From an uncultured Chromatiaceae bacterium (GTDB lineage Bacteria > Pseudomonadota > Gammaproteobacteria > Steroidobacterales > GCA-2729495): a stretch of DNA of 37,242 bases. Every line of letters begins with the position of its first letter. The first letter of the stretch is position 1. Location: the NCBI GenBank assembly GCA_964569355.1, contig CAZMVP010000004.1:1-37242 (forward strand), given 5' to 3'. Below the pieces are notes generated by a model. The model worked only from the letters and a program-made list of their open reading frames with translations. It was not told where the DNA came from and made no database searches. Positions 1 through 7,627 of the stretch are shown piece after piece. The translations under genes were made by a program, and so were the position numbers.

Positions 1-940
1 ACAGGCGCAGCCGGACCTGCTGCCTGCCGCCTGCCGGGATCTTCAGCACATGCCAGGCACCAACCTTGGTTCCGGCACGCGAGGGATTCACGGCGGCGGT
101 GGCGCCGCCGACCACGCGATCATGGAAACCATCCTTGAACGGGCCTGCGCCATCCATGCCGAACAGGCGCCGCACGTTGGTCTCGTTCTCGGTGAACAGC
201 AGCGTCGGCGCGTTCTCGACATACAGGCGATAGGTACCGAGCTGATGGTGCTCGATCAGGATCTCGCCTTCATCGACGGCATACATCCGCGGTTTCGGCG
301 TGCCCGGTCGCCAGCTCCAGGTGTTGCGGAAGCAGAGCTGCGGCAGGACGTGCAGGATGGCTTCCTCCGTCGCCAGGTTGACGGCCGAGATCCGCATCAG
401 GATGTCTTCCGGCGCGGCCTGGGCATACTCGACGAACACGTCGAAGTAGCGGTTGTCGTCGAAGACCCCGGTGTCGATGATCTCGAACTCGGGCCCCTTG
501 ATGCCCCGTTCGCGATTGCCCTCGAGCAGGCGGTCGTAGGGGAATTCCGCCTGCGGGTACTTGTAGAGCATCTTGAGGTAGGAGTGCGTCGGCGTCGCAT
601 CCAGGTAGTAATAGAGTTCCTTGACGTCCTCGCCATGGTTGCCCTGGCGGTTGGTCAGGCCGTACAGGCGTTCCTTGAGGATCGGATCCCGGCCGTTCCA
701 CAGGGCGAGCGACAGGCAGAGATGCTGGTTGCGGTCGCAGACGCCGGCGATGCCGTCCTCGCCCCAGCGATAGGCCCGGCTGCGTGCGTGCTCGTGCGGG
801 AAATACTCCCAGGCGGTGCCGTCGGGGCTGTAGTCCTCGCGGACCGTGCCCCACTGCCGCTCGGACACGTAGGGTCCCCACTTCTTCCAGCCTTCGCCCG
901 GGGCGAAGTCCTCGGCAAGGCGCCGGTCCTCGGCGGTCAT
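1..940 (-). CDS. GH63-like (MGH1-like) glucosidase, N-terminal part. The gene continues past the left edge of the window.
   Basis: Not in the ORF track because there is no stop codon in the window. Manual minus-strand translation from the ATG at 940-938 gives MTAEDRRLAEDFAPGEGWKKWGPYVSERQWGTVREDYSPDGTAWEYFPHEHARSRAYRWGEDGIAGVCDRNQHLCLSLALWNGRDPILKERLYGLTNRQGNHGEDVKELYYY..., which is open to position 1. I recognise this N-terminus as typical of bacterial GH63-type glucosidases. The ATG overlaps the upstream gene's stop (ATGA, 937-940). Confidence 0.75.
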   Translation of the reverse strand, partial: MTAEDRRLAEDFAPGEGWKKWGPYVSERQWGTVREDYSPDGTAWEYFPHEHARSRAYRWGEDGIAGVCDRNQHLCLSLALWNGRDPILKERLYGLTNRQGNHGEDVKELYYYLDATPTHSYLKMLYKYPQAEFPYDRLLEGNRERGIKGPEFEIIDTGVFDDNRYFDVFVEYAQAAPEDILMRISAVNLATEEAILHVLPQLCFRNTWSWRPGTPKPRMYAVDEGEILIEHHQLGTYRLYVENAPTLLFTENETNVRRLFGMDGAGPFKDGFHDRVVGGATAAVNPSRAGTKVGAWHVLKIPAGGRQQVRLRL

Positions 941-3009
941 CCCGCGTCCTTCAACCGGAACCAGGCATGCAGGATCGCGGCCACGCTCCAGGCCTGGGCA
1001 AAGCAGCCGCGTGGCCGATGCGGCGCGTCGCCATCGAAGATCTCGCTGATGCTGCCCACGCAGGCTTCGGCCAGGTGGGTGCCGATGCCGGCCAGCAGCG
1101 CCTGGGCCGCAGCACGGTCGCGATGCACCCGGAAGTGCGCCAGCGCGAACGGCCCGAGCAGCCACGGCCAGACCGTGCCCTGGTGGTAGGCGCCGTCGCG
1201 TTCGCGCGGCCCTCCGCCATAGCGGCCGCGATACCGGGAGTTGCCGCGAGCAAGGGTCCTCAAGCCCATCGGCGTCAGAAGCTCGCGTTGGCAGGTAGCC
1301 ACGACCTGCGCGGCCATCGCCGGCTCGAGCAGGTCTTGATCGAGCGACACGGCCAGGATCTGGTTCGGGCGCAGCGCCACGTCGTTGCCTTCCGGTCCGT
1401 CGATGACGTCATGCAGGTAGCCACCGTCGGCGAACCAGAAGCGCTGCCTGAAGGAATCGCGCACGCGGTCGGCCAGGCCCTGGTAGTGGCGGGCCAGCGC
1501 CGGTTCATCCTCGATGGCCGCGAGTTCGGCCATGACCACCAAGGCCCGATGCCAGAGCGCGTTGATCTCCACCGGCTTGCCGATGCGCGGCGTGACCACC
1601 TCGCCGTTGGTCCTGGCATCCATCCACGTGAGCTGCACGCCGGGCTCGCCGGCCCGGAGCAGGCCGTCGGCCGGATCCATGCCGATGCCATGGCGGGTGC
1701 CACGCTGGTGCCAGTCGATCATGTCCACGAGCTTCGGCCAGAGATCACGGACCAGCCCCGCATCGCCGGAGGCGGCATGGCAGGCGGCGATCGCGTCGAA
1801 GTACCACAGGCTGGCATCGGCCGTGTTGTACTCCGGCGGCGACGCATCATCCGGAAAGCGGTTGGGCAACATGCCCTGGCTCAAGTACCCGGCAAAGGTC
1901 CGCAGGACCTCGGCCGCGACCGCGGAGCGGCCCGTGTGCAGCGTCAGGCCGGGCAACGAAATCATCGTGTCGCGACCCCAGTCCCCGAACCACGGATAGC
2001 CGGCGATCACGGTGGACCCGGCGTGCCCGGCCTGGCTCCCTTGCCCGCCTTGGCCCCCCTGCTCACCCTGCGCCGGACCCCGGCGCACGATGAACTGGTC
2101 GGTGGCGAGCACGAGCTGGCGCACCCAGCCCGGTTCGCGCACCACCGGCAGCAGCAATCGCGCGCGGCGATGTCGATCGGCATCCAGCGCGGCAGCCGGC
2201 GGATCCGGGGCCTTGCCGGCCGGCTCGGCGGTGCAGATCAGCGTCGCCGTCTGGCCAGCCTCGAGATCGACCAGGAATTCGCAGGGGCGGAACAGGTCCT
2301 CCTCGCAGTCGAGGCCGCGTTCGGCCTCGAGCCTGTGGTGGAAGTTCCAGTACCAATCGCCCCGCGGCTCGCACCGGCCTTCGGCGCACAGCAGTCGATA
2401 CGCACGCGAACCGGCAGCCGGCGCAACCTGCATGCCATCCGGCACGGCAGTGGTCGCCATGTCACGCTCGCCGCGGCTCTCGGCGTGGAAGTCCCGGAAG
2501 GTGCAGAGCGGCGAGAGCCGCAGGCGCACCGGGCCGCTGGCACTCTCGAGCCGGAAACGGATGTAGGTGGTATCGACGCCCTGCCCCATCCAGATGAGCT
2601 GCGTCAGCCGGGCATCGCCGATGGCAAAGCTCCAGACCGGCATGCCGCCGTTCAACGTGAAGGCCTCGACGTGCCGGCAGCCATCCGGCGTGGCGCTGGC
2701 GCCGCTGTACTCGTGCGCCCACAACGGATGCGGACGCCCCTGGTATTCGACGAAGGCATCGAGGCCCGCCACCAGCACGGTGCGCCTCGCTGGCGGCTGC
2801 AAGGCCGCCACGAGCAGTCCGTGGTAGCGCCGCGTCGCCGCGCCGGACACGGTGCCGGCCGCGTAGCTGCCGGTGCCATTCGTGACCAGCCATTCACGGC
2901 CCGAAGACACCGGGTAGTCGCTGCAGGTGCCGCGATCGAGATCGAGCCGCGGCACGCCATCGCGCCGGCGCGTCACCGTTGTTCCGGACTCGTTCACGGG
3001 GGCAGTCAT
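937..3009 (-). CDS. Glycogen debranching enzyme family protein (GDE N-terminal domain plus amylo-alpha-1,6-glucosidase / GDE_C catalytic domain)
   Basis: 690-aa ORF. Motifs seen: EWLVTNGTGSYAAGTVSGAATRRYHGLL, VIAGYPWFGDWGRDTMISLPGL, GMLPNRFPD, TWMDA, RPNQILAVSL, LLTPMGLRTL, YHQGTVWPWLLGPF, and ISEIFDGDAPH..GC.AQAWSVA. These match the archaeal/bacterial GDE type. The antisense 795-aa ORF is Arg/Pro-rich junk. Confidence 0.85.
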   Translation of the reverse strand: MTAPVNESGTTVTRRRDGVPRLDLDRGTCSDYPVSSGREWLVTNGTGSYAAGTVSGAATRRYHGLLVAALQPPARRTVLVAGLDAFVEYQGRPHPLWAHEYSGASATPDGCRHVEAFTLNGGMPVWSFAIGDARLTQLIWMGQGVDTTYIRFRLESASGPVRLRLSPLCTFRDFHAESRGERDMATTAVPDGMQVAPAAGSRAYRLLCAEGRCEPRGDWYWNFHHRLEAERGLDCEEDLFRPCEFLVDLEAGQTATLICTAEPAGKAPDPPAAALDADRHRRARLLLPVVREPGWVRQLVLATDQFIVRRGPAQGEQGGQGGQGSQAGHAGSTVIAGYPWFGDWGRDTMISLPGLTLHTGRSAVAAEVLRTFAGYLSQGMLPNRFPDDASPPEYNTADASLWYFDAIAACHAASGDAGLVRDLWPKLVDMIDWHQRGTRHGIGMDPADGLLRAGEPGVQLTWMDARTNGEVVTPRIGKPVEINALWHRALVVMAELAAIEDEPALARHYQGLADRVRDSFRQRFWFADGGYLHDVIDGPEGNDVALRPNQILAVSLDQDLLEPAMAAQVVATCQRELLTPMGLRTLARGNSRYRGRYGGGPRERDGAYHQGTVWPWLLGPFALAHFRVHRDRAAAQALLAGIGTHLAEACVGSISEIFDGDAPHRPRGCFAQAWSVAAILHAWFRLKDAG

Positions 3010-3899
3010 CGGGCGGTATCCGGCAGCAGGAATCCCGTGATCACGTCCTGCGAGAGCCAGTCCTGCAACAGGGCGGCGAGGATCGCGCCGCCCGCAGCCA
3101 CGTCGGCATCGCCCAGCAGATGGGTCGATTCACCGAGGCTTTGGCCCTGCTTCACCGCGAGCAACCAGTGATAGTCCCGCTCGGGCAGGCGATGCAGCCG
3201 CACGCCATCGGCCTGCCGCTGCACCAGCAGGTGTTCCGGCTCGCGCGGCGGTGGAATCGCCAACGGTGCCGGCTTCACCGGGGCTGCCACGTCCGCCAGG
3301 TCCACACGAAGGCCTGCCTGATGCGCCTCCCACAGCGGAAACATCGCATGGCTCGTGGCGAGCAGGCGCACCGAGGGATGCAGCTCGACCCCGAGGTTGC
3401 CCTGCTGGTCCGGCGGTACCCCGGCCACCCGCGCGAGATCCGCGCAGGCGCCTGCATCGGCTGCCACCAGGGCCTGCTGGACCAGCCACTCAAGCCGTGC
3501 CACGTCGATCAGGTATTCATCCGGACTGCCGGTGACATGCGCTTCGAGGAAATGCGACAACGCATTGCCGACATGGAACAGGTTGCCGGAGCGGGATGGA
3601 TGCGCCCGCTGGTACGACCATGCCAGCCGGCGGAACTCCGTGGCGCCGATGCAGGACTCGAGCAACGGGAACCCGGCCGCCAGCGCGTTGGCGAAATTCT
3701 CGCGGGCGTTGCTGCGATGAATGCCGATGCGCGATGCCGCGCCTGGCGCCGCATCGCCGCCCGGGCCAGTCAGGATCCTGCCGGTGGTCCCCGCGTCCTC
3801 CCGATGCAGTACCTCGCGGACGAAGCCGAGCTGCAGGCCGGCGAGTCCCGGCTGCCCCGGCCCTGCAGGACAACCGACCTCAGGCAACACGGGCATCAT
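3006..3899 (-). CDS. bufC: DUF2063-family protein, BufC-like partner of the DUF692 enzyme
   Basis: The ORF is open from 3983. I place the start at the ATG at 3899 (MMPVLPEVG...), which overlaps the last 20 nt of the DUF692 gene. The N-terminal L.GLQLGFVREVL segment and the position directly downstream of a DUF692 gene fit the DUF2063 family. The stop overlaps the GDE start (ATGA at 3006-3009). The exact start is uncertain. Confidence 0.7.
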   Translation of the reverse strand: MMPVLPEVGCPAGPGQPGLAGLQLGFVREVLHREDAGTTGRILTGPGGDAAPGAASRIGIHRSNARENFANALAAGFPLLESCIGATEFRRLAWSYQRAHPSRSGNLFHVGNALSHFLEAHVTGSPDEYLIDVARLEWLVQQALVAADAGACADLARVAGVPPDQQGNLGVELHPSVRLLATSHAMFPLWEAHQAGLRVDLADVAAPVKPAPLAIPPPREPEHLLVQRQADGVRLHRLPERDYHWLLAVKQGQSLGESTHLLGDADVAAGGAILAALLQDWLSQDVITGFLLPDTAR

Positions 3900-4761
3900 C
3901 CAGCCTCGTCGATGCACGGGCAAGGCAGCGGTCGGCCCGGGCGGCTTCGTCCAGCAATACCGGCAGGGTGGGCAGGTCGGCATCCCATTCGATCAGCGTT
4001 GGTCGTGGCCCGAGGTGGTCGAGCGCCAGTTCATACAACGTCCAGACCACATCGGCCACCGGTGCGCTGTGGGTGTCGATCAACAGGCCGTCGGCAACCG
4101 TGTGGCCGGCAAGGTGGATCTCCCCGACCAGGTCCGGCGGAATCGCCGCGATGTAGTCGCGGGCCGCGAAGCCATGGTTCACCGCGTTGACATGCACGTT
4201 GTTGACGTCGAGCAGGATGCCGGCGCCAGTACGGCGGGCAAGCTCGACCAGGAACTCCCACTCGGTCATCTCCGCGCCGGCAAACTGCAGGTAGCTGGAG
4301 ACATTCTCGACGAGGATCCGGCGCTGCAGGCATTCCTGCACGGCCGTCACGCGCGAAACCAGGTGATCGAGCGCCTCGCGCGTGTGCGGCATCGGCAGCA
4401 GGTCGTTCAGGAACACGCCGCCAGCCGAGCTCCAGCTCACGTGCTCCGACAAAAGCGCCGGCTCCACGCGCCGCACGAGGCGCCGGAGCCGCTGCAGGTG
4501 GTCGGCATCGAGCGGATCGATGCTGCCGAGCGACAGGCCGACGCCATGCAGGCTCACGTCATGATCCCGCCGGACCGCCTCCAGCACCTCGAGCTGGCGG
4601 CCGCCATCGGCAAAGAAATTCTCGCTGTGGACCTCGACCCACGGGATCGGCGGGCGACTCTCGAGGAAGGCCCGATGGTGCGGGCTTCGCAGTCCTATCC
4701 CGGCCCGGGCCGGGACAGGACGCGAACCCGCTGCCGGCACCGTTGTCGATGCCGGCGTCAT
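3880..4761 (-). CDS. bufB: DUF692 / MNIO-family (MbnB, TglH, BufB-like) multinuclear non-heme iron oxidase
   Basis: Motifs seen: GIGLRSPH, VEVHSENFF, LHGVGLSLGS, LSEHVSWS, LVENVSSYL, LLDVNNVHVNAVNHG, EIHLAGH, LIDTHS, and TLIEWD. Together these are the TIM-barrel metal-ligand pattern of DUF692. The likely ATG at 4761 lies 1 nt after the precursor gene's stop. The track's 4770 start is a GTG that would overlap the precursor. Confidence 0.85.
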   Translation of the reverse strand: MTPASTTVPAAGSRPVPARAGIGLRSPHHRAFLESRPPIPWVEVHSENFFADGGRQLEVLEAVRRDHDVSLHGVGLSLGSIDPLDADHLQRLRRLVRRVEPALLSEHVSWSSAGGVFLNDLLPMPHTREALDHLVSRVTAVQECLQRRILVENVSSYLQFAGAEMTEWEFLVELARRTGAGILLDVNNVHVNAVNHGFAARDYIAAIPPDLVGEIHLAGHTVADGLLIDTHSAPVADVVWTLYELALDHLGPRPTLIEWDADLPTLPVLLDEAARADRCLARASTRLDDARVA

Positions 4762-4762
4762 C

Positions 4763-5053
4763 TCAGGCACCCTTGTTGTCGGCAGCTGGCTTGCCGGCCG
4801 TCAGCGAGCCGCCCAGTTCGGCGCACTGCCCCTTGGCCACGTACTTCCATTCGCCGGGATCCTTGTCGGTCTTCGCCTGGCCCTGGCAGGAATGGCCGTT
4901 GCCGGCGCAGCTGTTCTCGCCGGCGCTGGCGACGCCGTAGCACTTCTCCTTGGCGGCGCCATCATCGGCTCGTGCGGCCGTGCTCAGCGTGGCGGCGCCG
5001 AATGCCAGCAGGCTGCTGATGGCCGTGGATACCATGATCGAGCTGGTCTTCAT
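4763..5053 (-). CDS. bufA: DUF2282-family secreted Cys-containing peptide, a BufA1-type bufferin precursor (96 aa)
   Basis: I trimmed the start to the ATG at 5053. An AAGGAG sits 10 nt upstream. The Sec signal peptide is MKTSSIMVSTAISSLLAFGAATLSTAARA, with cleavage before DD. The core is EKCYGVASAGENSCAGNGHSCQGQAKTDKDPGEWKYVAKGQCAELGG, with four Cys (residues 38, 49, 56, 77) in the DUF2282 spacing. Confidence 0.85.
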   Translation of the reverse strand: MKTSSIMVSTAISSLLAFGAATLSTAARADDGAAKEKCYGVASAGENSCAGNGHSCQGQAKTDKDPGEWKYVAKGQCAELGGSLTAGKPAADNKGA

Positions 5054-5247
5054 GTGTGGTCGTCTCCTTGAGGCTTGGGCCACAGGTGGGTGTCGTCGGG
5101 GGTACCTGTGCAACCGGTCCCGACCACGGGACATTACACAATGTGCCGGTATTTGGCAGCCCGGTGTGCCGGCATGGTGCCCGACAGGGGGTAATCCGCG
5201 GATCGCGGCCGGGATTCCGGCCCGGGTCCGGCCGGAGGACTCCGGCT

Positions 5248-5275
5248 AAAGGACGTTGGCCAAAGGACGTTGGCC
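5248..5275. repeat. Perfect 2 x 14-bp tandem direct repeat (AAAGGACGTTGGCC)
   Basis: Read directly: 5248-5261 equals 5262-5275. It lies between the small ORF's stop (5290) and the bufA start (5053). A GCCGGAG-GA-CTCCGGC hairpin sits next to it at 5231-5246. Confidence 0.9.
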
Positions 5276-5289
5276 GGCGTGATGGGCGA

Positions 5290-5550
5290 TCAGACGACTT
5301 CGACGTAGACGACGGGAATGTTCTTCCGTTGTGCGTAGGCGGCGGCAAACCCGGTCGCGAACTCCTCGTCCATCGGGCAGTTGCTGACCAGTGTCCGGAA
5401 GTTCCAGGTCCGGGTGCGGACCGCGCCGCCAAACACGCGTTCGATAGTCGCGAAGGTGGTCGGCGAACCCTCGCGGCGCTGGCAATACACCCGAAGGAAG
5501 TCACCCCCGGCGCAGGTGGCATCGTGATCGTGGACTACCTGGACTTTCAT
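5290..5550 (-). CDS. Small hypothetical cytoplasmic protein (86 aa)
   Basis: MKVQVVHDHDATCAGGDFLRVYCQRREGSPTTFATIERVFGG...VVYVEVV. A GGGGAG sits 7 nt upstream of the ATG at 5550. The composition looks coding. I do not recognise a family. Confidence 0.5.
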   Translation of the reverse strand: MKVQVVHDHDATCAGGDFLRVYCQRREGSPTTFATIERVFGGAVRTRTWNFRTLVSNCPMDEEFATGFAAAYAQRKNIPVVYVEVV

Positions 5551-5646
5551 CGGCTGCTCCCCGCCCCGCATGGCGCCTCACAAAATCGGGCGAGCCCGAT
5601 GCGGGCTGCCCTGACTGGACAGGAGCAAGGGTCATGCCAGCGTGGA

Positions 5647-6294
5647 TCAGGTCACGCTATCCGGGCCGATCGGCCCCCTTATGTGAAGGTCGGGTGCCGT
5701 GGATTGTCCATTGTTGACGGCCACCGCCCCGACCGGGACCTCGCGCGTCGGAATCCGGACCACCTCGCCGGCCATGCCGTGCACCGGCTGGCCGATGGCG
5801 CAATCACGGCAGGAACCCAGGCCCAGCCGCCGGGCCTCGGCCGGCGTGAGCTTCGGCGTGGCCGGCCGCAGCACCTGCAGGGCACCACGGTAATCGGCCA
5901 GGTAGAGCGCGAGGCCCGTGGACTCCACCAGCGCCCGGTCGGTGGGCGAGAAATAGCGGCGTTCCGGGGAGGCCGCCCCATGGGTATGCCACAGCGCCAC
6001 CACCTCGAAGCCATCCGGGATCGAAAGCCGGACCTGGATCCGGTCCGCCCCCGCTTGACCGGGGGCAACGGAATAGTGGAACCCGGTCCCGCGGCGCAGG
6101 ACCGCGCCCAGGTACTCGCGGTCCTCCCGGATCGACCGTGCATTGACCGCGCTGGTGGCCGCGACCACAGCCTCGAGTTCTGTGGCAAACCGCTCGGCCG
6201 ACGGCCCGGCCGGGGCAGCTGCCACGCTGCCGGGACCTGCTGCGAGCCCCGCAGCCAGAACCAGCCCGAGCCAGATTCCTGAGGTCGTCTCCAT
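5647..6294 (-). CDS. Secreted protein, DUF4329-like
   Basis: Signal peptide METTSGIWLGLVLAAGLAAGPGSVAAAPA. The core contains EYLGAVLRR..GFHYS and ALWHTHG....RYFSPTD, which resembles the DUF4329 domain. The assignment is by memory only. Confidence 0.55.
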   Translation of the reverse strand: METTSGIWLGLVLAAGLAAGPGSVAAAPAGPSAERFATELEAVVAATSAVNARSIREDREYLGAVLRRGTGFHYSVAPGQAGADRIQVRLSIPDGFEVVALWHTHGAASPERRYFSPTDRALVESTGLALYLADYRGALQVLRPATPKLTPAEARRLGLGSCRDCAIGQPVHGMAGEVVRIPTREVPVGAVAVNNGQSTAPDLHIRGPIGPDSVT

Positions 6295-6502
6295 GTCGCC
6301 GCTCCCATCGATGAACTGATGGGCGCAGGAGTCTCGACATGGACCAGCGCTGAATCCCGAGGCTTCCCGCCGGGATCACGATGCTTTTGGAATTGATGCT
6401 CCCGGAACCTTCGGAAAAGCTTCGGGCGCCATGGATTCAGTCACTTGCATGGCACCCCCACTGGCCGGACGACACCGCCGGCGGTACAGTTGCCGCCACC
6501 GC

Positions 6503-7621
6503 ATGACCCCGAACCCACCCCATCCGGCCGCCACCGGCAACAACCTGCAGGATGGGTTTCGCGTGGGCAGCTGGCAGGTCCGCCCGCTCCAGGGCGTGAT
6601 CGAACAGGCCAGCCATCTGGTCCATGTCGAGCCCAAGGTCATGGACGTCCTGCTGTGCCTGGCCCGGCACCCGGGGCAGGTCGTGTCCCGCGAGACGCTG
6701 CTGGACGAGGTCTGGGCCGGCGTCGTGGTGACCGACGAGGTGGTGACCCGATGCATCTCGGAATTGCGGACCGTGCTGCGCGACACCGGGCGCGACCGGC
6801 AGTTCATCCGGACCATCCCGAAGCGCGGCTACAGCCTGCTGGTGCCAGTCGAACCGCTCGAATCCGGGTCGGTCATGGCCGACGAGCCGGATCCCGGGCT
6901 TCCCGCCACCGAGGCAGCGCCGGATGCCGCGGATTCCGGCCCGCCCCCGGCGCTCGCCGTGCTGTCGGCGACGGCCAGGGGCACGATGATGGCTGGCCGG
7001 CAGGCACTGGCGACCGGCCGCAGCCTGTTGCGCTCCACGCTGCTTGGCATCGGCGTGTTCGTGGTCAGCATCGTCGGGCTGGGCGTGCTCCTCGCGCTGC
7101 TGAGCAGTGACGACGGGGTAGACGTCAAGGTCATGCCGAACGACAACACCGGGCAATCCGTCTCCACGCCGGCACCGCGACCTGCCCCGACGCCCGGTTC
7201 ATTCCATTCACTGGCGGTCCTGCCGCTCGTTAACCTGGGCGGCAGTGGTGAAGACACGGGTTATTTCAGCGAAGGATTGACCGAAGACATCCGCAATGCC
7301 CTGATCAACGGCACGGCGCTGCAGATTGCGGCCCGTACCCGCACTGCCGATCTCCAGGACGAGTCGATGGACGGGCGCGAGATTGCGCGGGAATTGAAAG
7401 TCGACGCCTTGCTGGAAGGCACCGTGCGCACCGCCAACGACCAGCTGCGCGTCACCATCCAGCTCATCGACGGGCGCACCGGCTATCCGGTCTGGGCGTC
7501 GAGCTTCGAACGACCGATGGCGGAAAAGGCGACCCTGCAATCCGAGGTCCCGAAGGCCATCGTCCGCCAGTTCCCATCCACGGCCACCGGCCGCAAGGAG
7601 CCGTACCGGAAGCCCGGCTGA
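6503..7621 (+). CDS. Membrane-anchored CadC/ToxR-like transcriptional regulator: OmpR/PhoB-type winged-helix domain, one TM segment, and a TolB-N-like periplasmic domain
   Basis: The winged helix reads VEPKVMDVLLCLARHPGQVVSRETLLDEVWAGVVVTDEVVTRCISELRTVL...FIRTIPKRGYSLL. The TM segment is LLGIGVFVVSIVGLGVLLALL. The C-terminus reads SLAVLPLVNLGG..YFSEGLTEDI...LEGTVR...LRVTIQLIDGRTGYPVWA. I chose the start at 6503 because codons 6431-6500 have poor GC3; 6431 remains possible. Confidence 0.8.
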   Translation: MTPNPPHPAATGNNLQDGFRVGSWQVRPLQGVIEQASHLVHVEPKVMDVLLCLARHPGQVVSRETLLDEVWAGVVVTDEVVTRCISELRTVLRDTGRDRQFIRTIPKRGYSLLVPVEPLESGSVMADEPDPGLPATEAAPDAADSGPPPALAVLSATARGTMMAGRQALATGRSLLRSTLLGIGVFVVSIVGLGVLLALLSSDDGVDVKVMPNDNTGQSVSTPAPRPAPTPGSFHSLAVLPLVNLGGSGEDTGYFSEGLTEDIRNALINGTALQIAARTRTADLQDESMDGREIARELKVDALLEGTVRTANDQLRVTIQLIDGRTGYPVWASSFERPMAEKATLQSEVPKAIVRQFPSTATGRKEPYRKPG

Positions 7622-7627
7622 AAGCCC

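Noticed and set aside
50-3171. Long plus-strand ORFs 50..1189 (379 aa) and 784..3171 (795 aa)
   Set aside because: They are extremely Arg/Pro/Gly/Ala-rich with no recognisable motifs. They are antisense to the well-supported GH63-like and GDE genes. This is typical of shadow ORFs in high-GC DNA.
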